NCBI GenBank assembly: GCA_944392135.1 | Contig: CALXVQ010000004.1 | Coordinates: 52,604-116,603, forward strand | From: an uncultured Rickettsiales bacterium | GTDB taxonomy: Bacteria; Pseudomonadota; Alphaproteobacteria; Rickettsiales; UBA1997 | Reading direction: 5' to 3' | Length of the DNA stretch: 64,000 nucleotides | Shown: in pieces, positions 61,029-64,000 of the stretch | Position numbering within the stretch: the stretch's first letter is position 1 | How the letters are laid out: each line of letters opens with the position of its first letter | The notes under the pieces: generated by a model | Seen by the model: the letters and a program-made list of their open reading frames with translations, nothing else | What the model was told of the DNA's origin: nothing | Databases searched by the model: none | Translations under genes and position numbers: made by a program

Positions 61029-62138
61029 ATGGTTTTTAGAAAGTCTGTCGATAATTTTAATACTAAATGTAATAATGATATATCTACATTTAATGTATTA
61101 GTAGAGTTATTACAAAAATTTGATAAAAATGAAATTTTAAATTATTTATCTATTCATAATGGAACATTAAATAGATGGCTATTATTAAAAAAAGTACCAG
61201 ACAATTATTTTAATGATTTAAATCATTTACTTGGAAATAAATATAAAGATAAAGATAGCTATAGAGAAAAAGATCAGTTTTTTACATCAAAAGCCATTTC
61301 CGAATATTGTTTTAAAAAAACCATTGAGGTATTATTTAATTTAGGAATAAATGAAAAGGAATATATATTTATAGAGCCAAGTGCTGGATGTTGTAATTTT
61401 TATAATATATTACCAAAAGATAGAAGAATAGGAATAGATATAGAACCAAAAGGTGATTTAAAAAACGAATTATTAAAAATAAATTATTTAGATTATAAGC
61501 CTAATAATCTCGATAAAAAATATATAGTTATTGGTAATCCACCATTTGGTTTAAGAGGAAATTTAGCTTTAAGATTTATTAATCATTCTTATGAATTTGC
61601 CGATATAGTAGCTTTTATATTGCCACCATTATTTGATAGTACTGGAAAGGGGGTTCCTATGAAAAGAGTTAAAGGATATAAATTAGCCTTTAGTGAAAAA
61701 TTACCACTAAATTCTTTTGAATATCCAGATGGAGAAAGTGTTTCAGTAGCTACAATTTTTCAAGTATGGACAAAAATTAATACAGATAAGATAAAAAATG
61801 AACAAAAAAAAACTTGCAAAACAATAGCAAGAGTGTTTTCATTATCCGATGGTGGAACTCCAAGTAGTACTAGAAATAAAAAAATGTTAGACAAATGTGA
61901 TGTTTATTTACCATCAACATGTTTTTCTGGTATGAAAGCATATAAAACATTTATCGAACTACCAAATAAGAGAGGCTATGGAGTTGTTTTTTATAAATAT
62001 AAGGAAGTCTTAAATAAAATTTTTTTTGAAGAAATTAATTGGAATAATGTTGGTTTTTTATCAACAAATAGTGCAATTAATTTAAGAACTGATCTAATAG
62101 AAAATGAAATAATAAAAAGGGGTTATTATGATAGATAA
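61029..62138 (+). CDS. gamma-class N6-adenine DNA methyltransferase-like protein
   Basis: Motif order DQFFTSK (X), FIEPSAGCCNF (I), IDIEP, VIGNPPFG (IV), FILPP. Confidence 0.7.
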   Translation: MVFRKSVDNFNTKCNNDISTFNVLVELLQKFDKNEILNYLSIHNGTLNRWLLLKKVPDNYFNDLNHLLGNKYKDKDSYREKDQFFTSKAISEYCFKKTIEVLFNLGINEKEYIFIEPSAGCCNFYNILPKDRRIGIDIEPKGDLKNELLKINYLDYKPNNLDKKYIVIGNPPFGLRGNLALRFINHSYEFADIVAFILPPLFDSTGKGVPMKRVKGYKLAFSEKLPLNSFEYPDGESVSVATIFQVWTKINTDKIKNEQKKTCKTIARVFSLSDGGTPSSTRNKKMLDKCDVYLPSTCFSGMKAYKTFIELPNKRGYGVVFYKYKEVLNKIFFEEINWNNVGFLSTNSAINLRTDLIENEIIKRGYYDR

Positions 62139-62703
62139 TTTAACAGAATTAGATAAAAAACTTATTGAAATACTTGATGCAATAGTATTAGAAGATTCAC
62201 CAGAAAGGTGGAGAGGAGCTAAATTTATGAAACAAAGAATGATTCAGATAGATAAAAGAGGTAGTGTTGGTGAAAGATTTTTTGCTGAAACTTTATTAAG
62301 ATTATATCCAAGAAGAATAGAATATAAAGATGGAGATCAGGGAGATTGGGATTTAAAAATAGGGAAGATGAAGTTTGAAATAAAAACATCATCCTTAGAT
62401 AAAAATAATAAGTTTCAAAACGAAGGGTTAAAAAGAAATGGTGATTATGATGGTATTTTATTTTTAGGAATTGCTCCAAACAATTTATATATAAAATTTG
62501 TTAGAAAGACTGACATAAATTTTGATACACAAATATTAGTTAGTGATATGGGAGTAGTACACTTACATAATAGAGGTAAAGATAATTTAAATAAAAATGC
62601 AACCGGTGCTGGTTATAAATGTGACTTTAAAATAACGGATATGAAAGAAATAACTAAGATAGATGATATTAAAAATGAGTTTGAGAGAGTTTTTAAAAAG
62701 TAA
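62128..62703 (+). CDS. PD-(D/E)xK nuclease-fold candidate (putative cognate restriction endonuclease)
   Basis: Overlaps the methyltransferase stop by 11 nt. GERFFAE...GDWDLKIGKMKFEIKTS gives an E...D-x13-ExK arrangement. Confidence 0.45.
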   Translation: MIDNLTELDKKLIEILDAIVLEDSPERWRGAKFMKQRMIQIDKRGSVGERFFAETLLRLYPRRIEYKDGDQGDWDLKIGKMKFEIKTSSLDKNNKFQNEGLKRNGDYDGILFLGIAPNNLYIKFVRKTDINFDTQILVSDMGVVHLHNRGKDNLNKNATGAGYKCDFKITDMKEITKIDDIKNEFERVFKK

Positions 62704-62759
62704 TATGCAATAATATATTATTATAATTATAGGATTTGTTTTTACTTTAAATTATTTCA

Positions 62760-62787
62760 CTTGAAATTTTTTAAATTATTACTATAT
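62760..62787 (+). promoter_or_regulatory. RpoH (sigma32)-type promoter candidate CTTG-N17-ACTATAT
   Basis: CTTG at 62760-62763 and ACTATAT at 62781-62787, 35 nt before the dnaJ ATG. Same geometry as the clpB site. Confidence 0.45.
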
Positions 62788-62821
62788 ATTATTTATAAGA
62801 TATTATTATGTATATAACAAA

Positions 62822-63976
62822 ATGGAAAAGAGAGATTATTACGAAGTATTAGGTGTTGCAAAAACAGCTACTGATGATGAAATTAAAAAGGCTTATAGAA
62901 AGAAAGCTATGGAGTTTCACCCAGATAGAAACCCTGGAAATAAAGAAGCAGAAGCTAAATTCAAAGAAGCTGCTGAGGCTTATGAAGTATTAAAAGATGC
63001 TGATAAAAGAGCAGCTTATGATAAATATGGACATGCTGCATTTGATCCTAGTATGGGTGGTGGTAGTGGAGCTGGTGGCTTTGGTGGTTTTAAACAAGGT
63101 AATTTTAACGATTTTCAAGATATTTTTTCAGCATTCGGTGATATTTTTGGAGACTTTGGTGGACATGGTTTTAGTAGTAATGGAAGAGCAAAAAGAAGTA
63201 GAGCAATGGATGGTTCTGATTTAAGATACAATGCTACAATTACCTTGCAAGAAGCTTTTATGGGTACATCTATTGATATTAATTTTACAGCCCCTGTTGT
63301 TTGTCCTGTTTGTGGTGGTACTGGTGCTGAACCGGGTAGTAAACCAGAAACTTGTCCTGACTGTAATGGTACTGGAACAGTTAGAAAACAGCAAGGTTTT
63401 TTTGTTGTTGAGACTACTTGTAAAAGATGTGGTGGAAGTGGTGAAATTAATAAAACACCTTGTCATGAATGTAAAGGAAGTGGAAAAATTAATAAAAATA
63501 GAACACTTAATGTCAAAATTCCAGCAGGTGTACAGGATGGTATGAGGATTAGAGTTGCTGGCGAAGGTGAAGCAGGTACAAAAGGTGGCAGAAATGGAGA
63601 TTTATATGTATTTATCACTGTTAAACAAGATGCTTTCTTTACCAGAGATGGTAATGATTTATTATGTGATGTTCCTATTCTTGTTACCACAGCTATTTTA
63701 GGTGGTGAAATTGGAGTTAAACTTATTGAAGGTGGTGAGGCTGTTGTTAAAATTCCAGAAGGTACAAAATGTCAAACTAAATTTAGATTAAGGGGCAAAG
63801 GTATGCCTATATTAAATACAGGTGGTAGAAGGGGTGATTTAATTGTTAAAGTTAGTGTTGATATGCCTAAACCTTCAAGTCCAGAAGAAAAAGAATTGTA
63901 TTTAAAATTGGATAAAATTTTAAAAGAAAAAGAAGTAAAAGCAGAAAATAGTTTTTTTAAAAAATGGTTTAAATAA
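62822..63976 (+). CDS. dnaJ: molecular chaperone DnaJ
   Basis: J domain with HPD, G/F region, four CxxCxGxG zinc-finger repeats, C-terminal substrate-binding domains. Confidence 0.97.
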   Translation: MEKRDYYEVLGVAKTATDDEIKKAYRKKAMEFHPDRNPGNKEAEAKFKEAAEAYEVLKDADKRAAYDKYGHAAFDPSMGGGSGAGGFGGFKQGNFNDFQDIFSAFGDIFGDFGGHGFSSNGRAKRSRAMDGSDLRYNATITLQEAFMGTSIDINFTAPVVCPVCGGTGAEPGSKPETCPDCNGTGTVRKQQGFFVVETTCKRCGGSGEINKTPCHECKGSGKINKNRTLNVKIPAGVQDGMRIRVAGEGEAGTKGGRNGDLYVFITVKQDAFFTRDGNDLLCDVPILVTTAILGGEIGVKLIEGGEAVVKIPEGTKCQTKFRLRGKGMPILNTGGRRGDLIVKVSVDMPKPSSPEEKELYLKLDKILKEKEVKAENSFFKKWFK

Positions 63977-64000
63977 TTAAACTATTTTCTTTTAGTAATT

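Overview
This is a strongly AT-rich, gene-dense bacterial chromosome segment. It looks like a reduced-genome alphaproteobacterium of the Rickettsiales type: LpxI, a short archaeal-type ValRS, type-2 IleRS sequence, a membrane retropepsin, GatCAB, SecB and heavily scrambled operons. That placement is inference from gene content, not a database result. About 50 protein genes are supported, mostly housekeeping: fabD, def, trmD, infA, maf, dnaB, mnmG, lspA, dnaX, gyrB, secB, lpxI, fabF, gatB, dut, gatC, gatA, lpxA, nusA, infB, glmS, infC, valS, mraZ, rsmH, ftsL, clpB, dnaJ. There is also one tRNA-Gln(CUG). The less ordinary content is as follows. (1) Four intergenic clusters, about 4 kb in total, of a GC-rich palindromic repeat family (GTCATTGCGA...GCAATC). 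They include a 297-bp perfect direct duplication, an 88-nt hairpin module with filled and empty sites, and two arrays in inverted orientation that bracket infC-valS plus two orphan membrane proteins. (2) A compact methyltransferase plus PD-(D/E)xK nuclease-like pair sits between clpB and dnaJ. (3) Two tandem paralogous alpha/beta-hydrolase (DUF900-like) genes each carry a duplicated promoter, and the second is broken by a 1-nt frameshift in an A7 tract. (4) There are scattered type IV pilus/T2SS remnants: an orphan PilB/GspE ATPase, one intact pilin with Ala at position -1, and one decayed pilin paralog. (5) The C-terminal quarter of type-2 IleRS is present as a stand-alone ORF. (6) Candidate regulatory sites include 10-bp-phased CCATAA boxes upstream of mraZ, a GGGCGGT/TGGGA repeat block between mraZ and rsmH, and CTTG-N17-(C/A)CTATAT heat-shock-type promoters in front of clpB and dnaJ. 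No rRNA, CRISPR array, transposase or prophage was seen. All calls come from reading the sequence and ORF translations by eye. No database search or computation was run.
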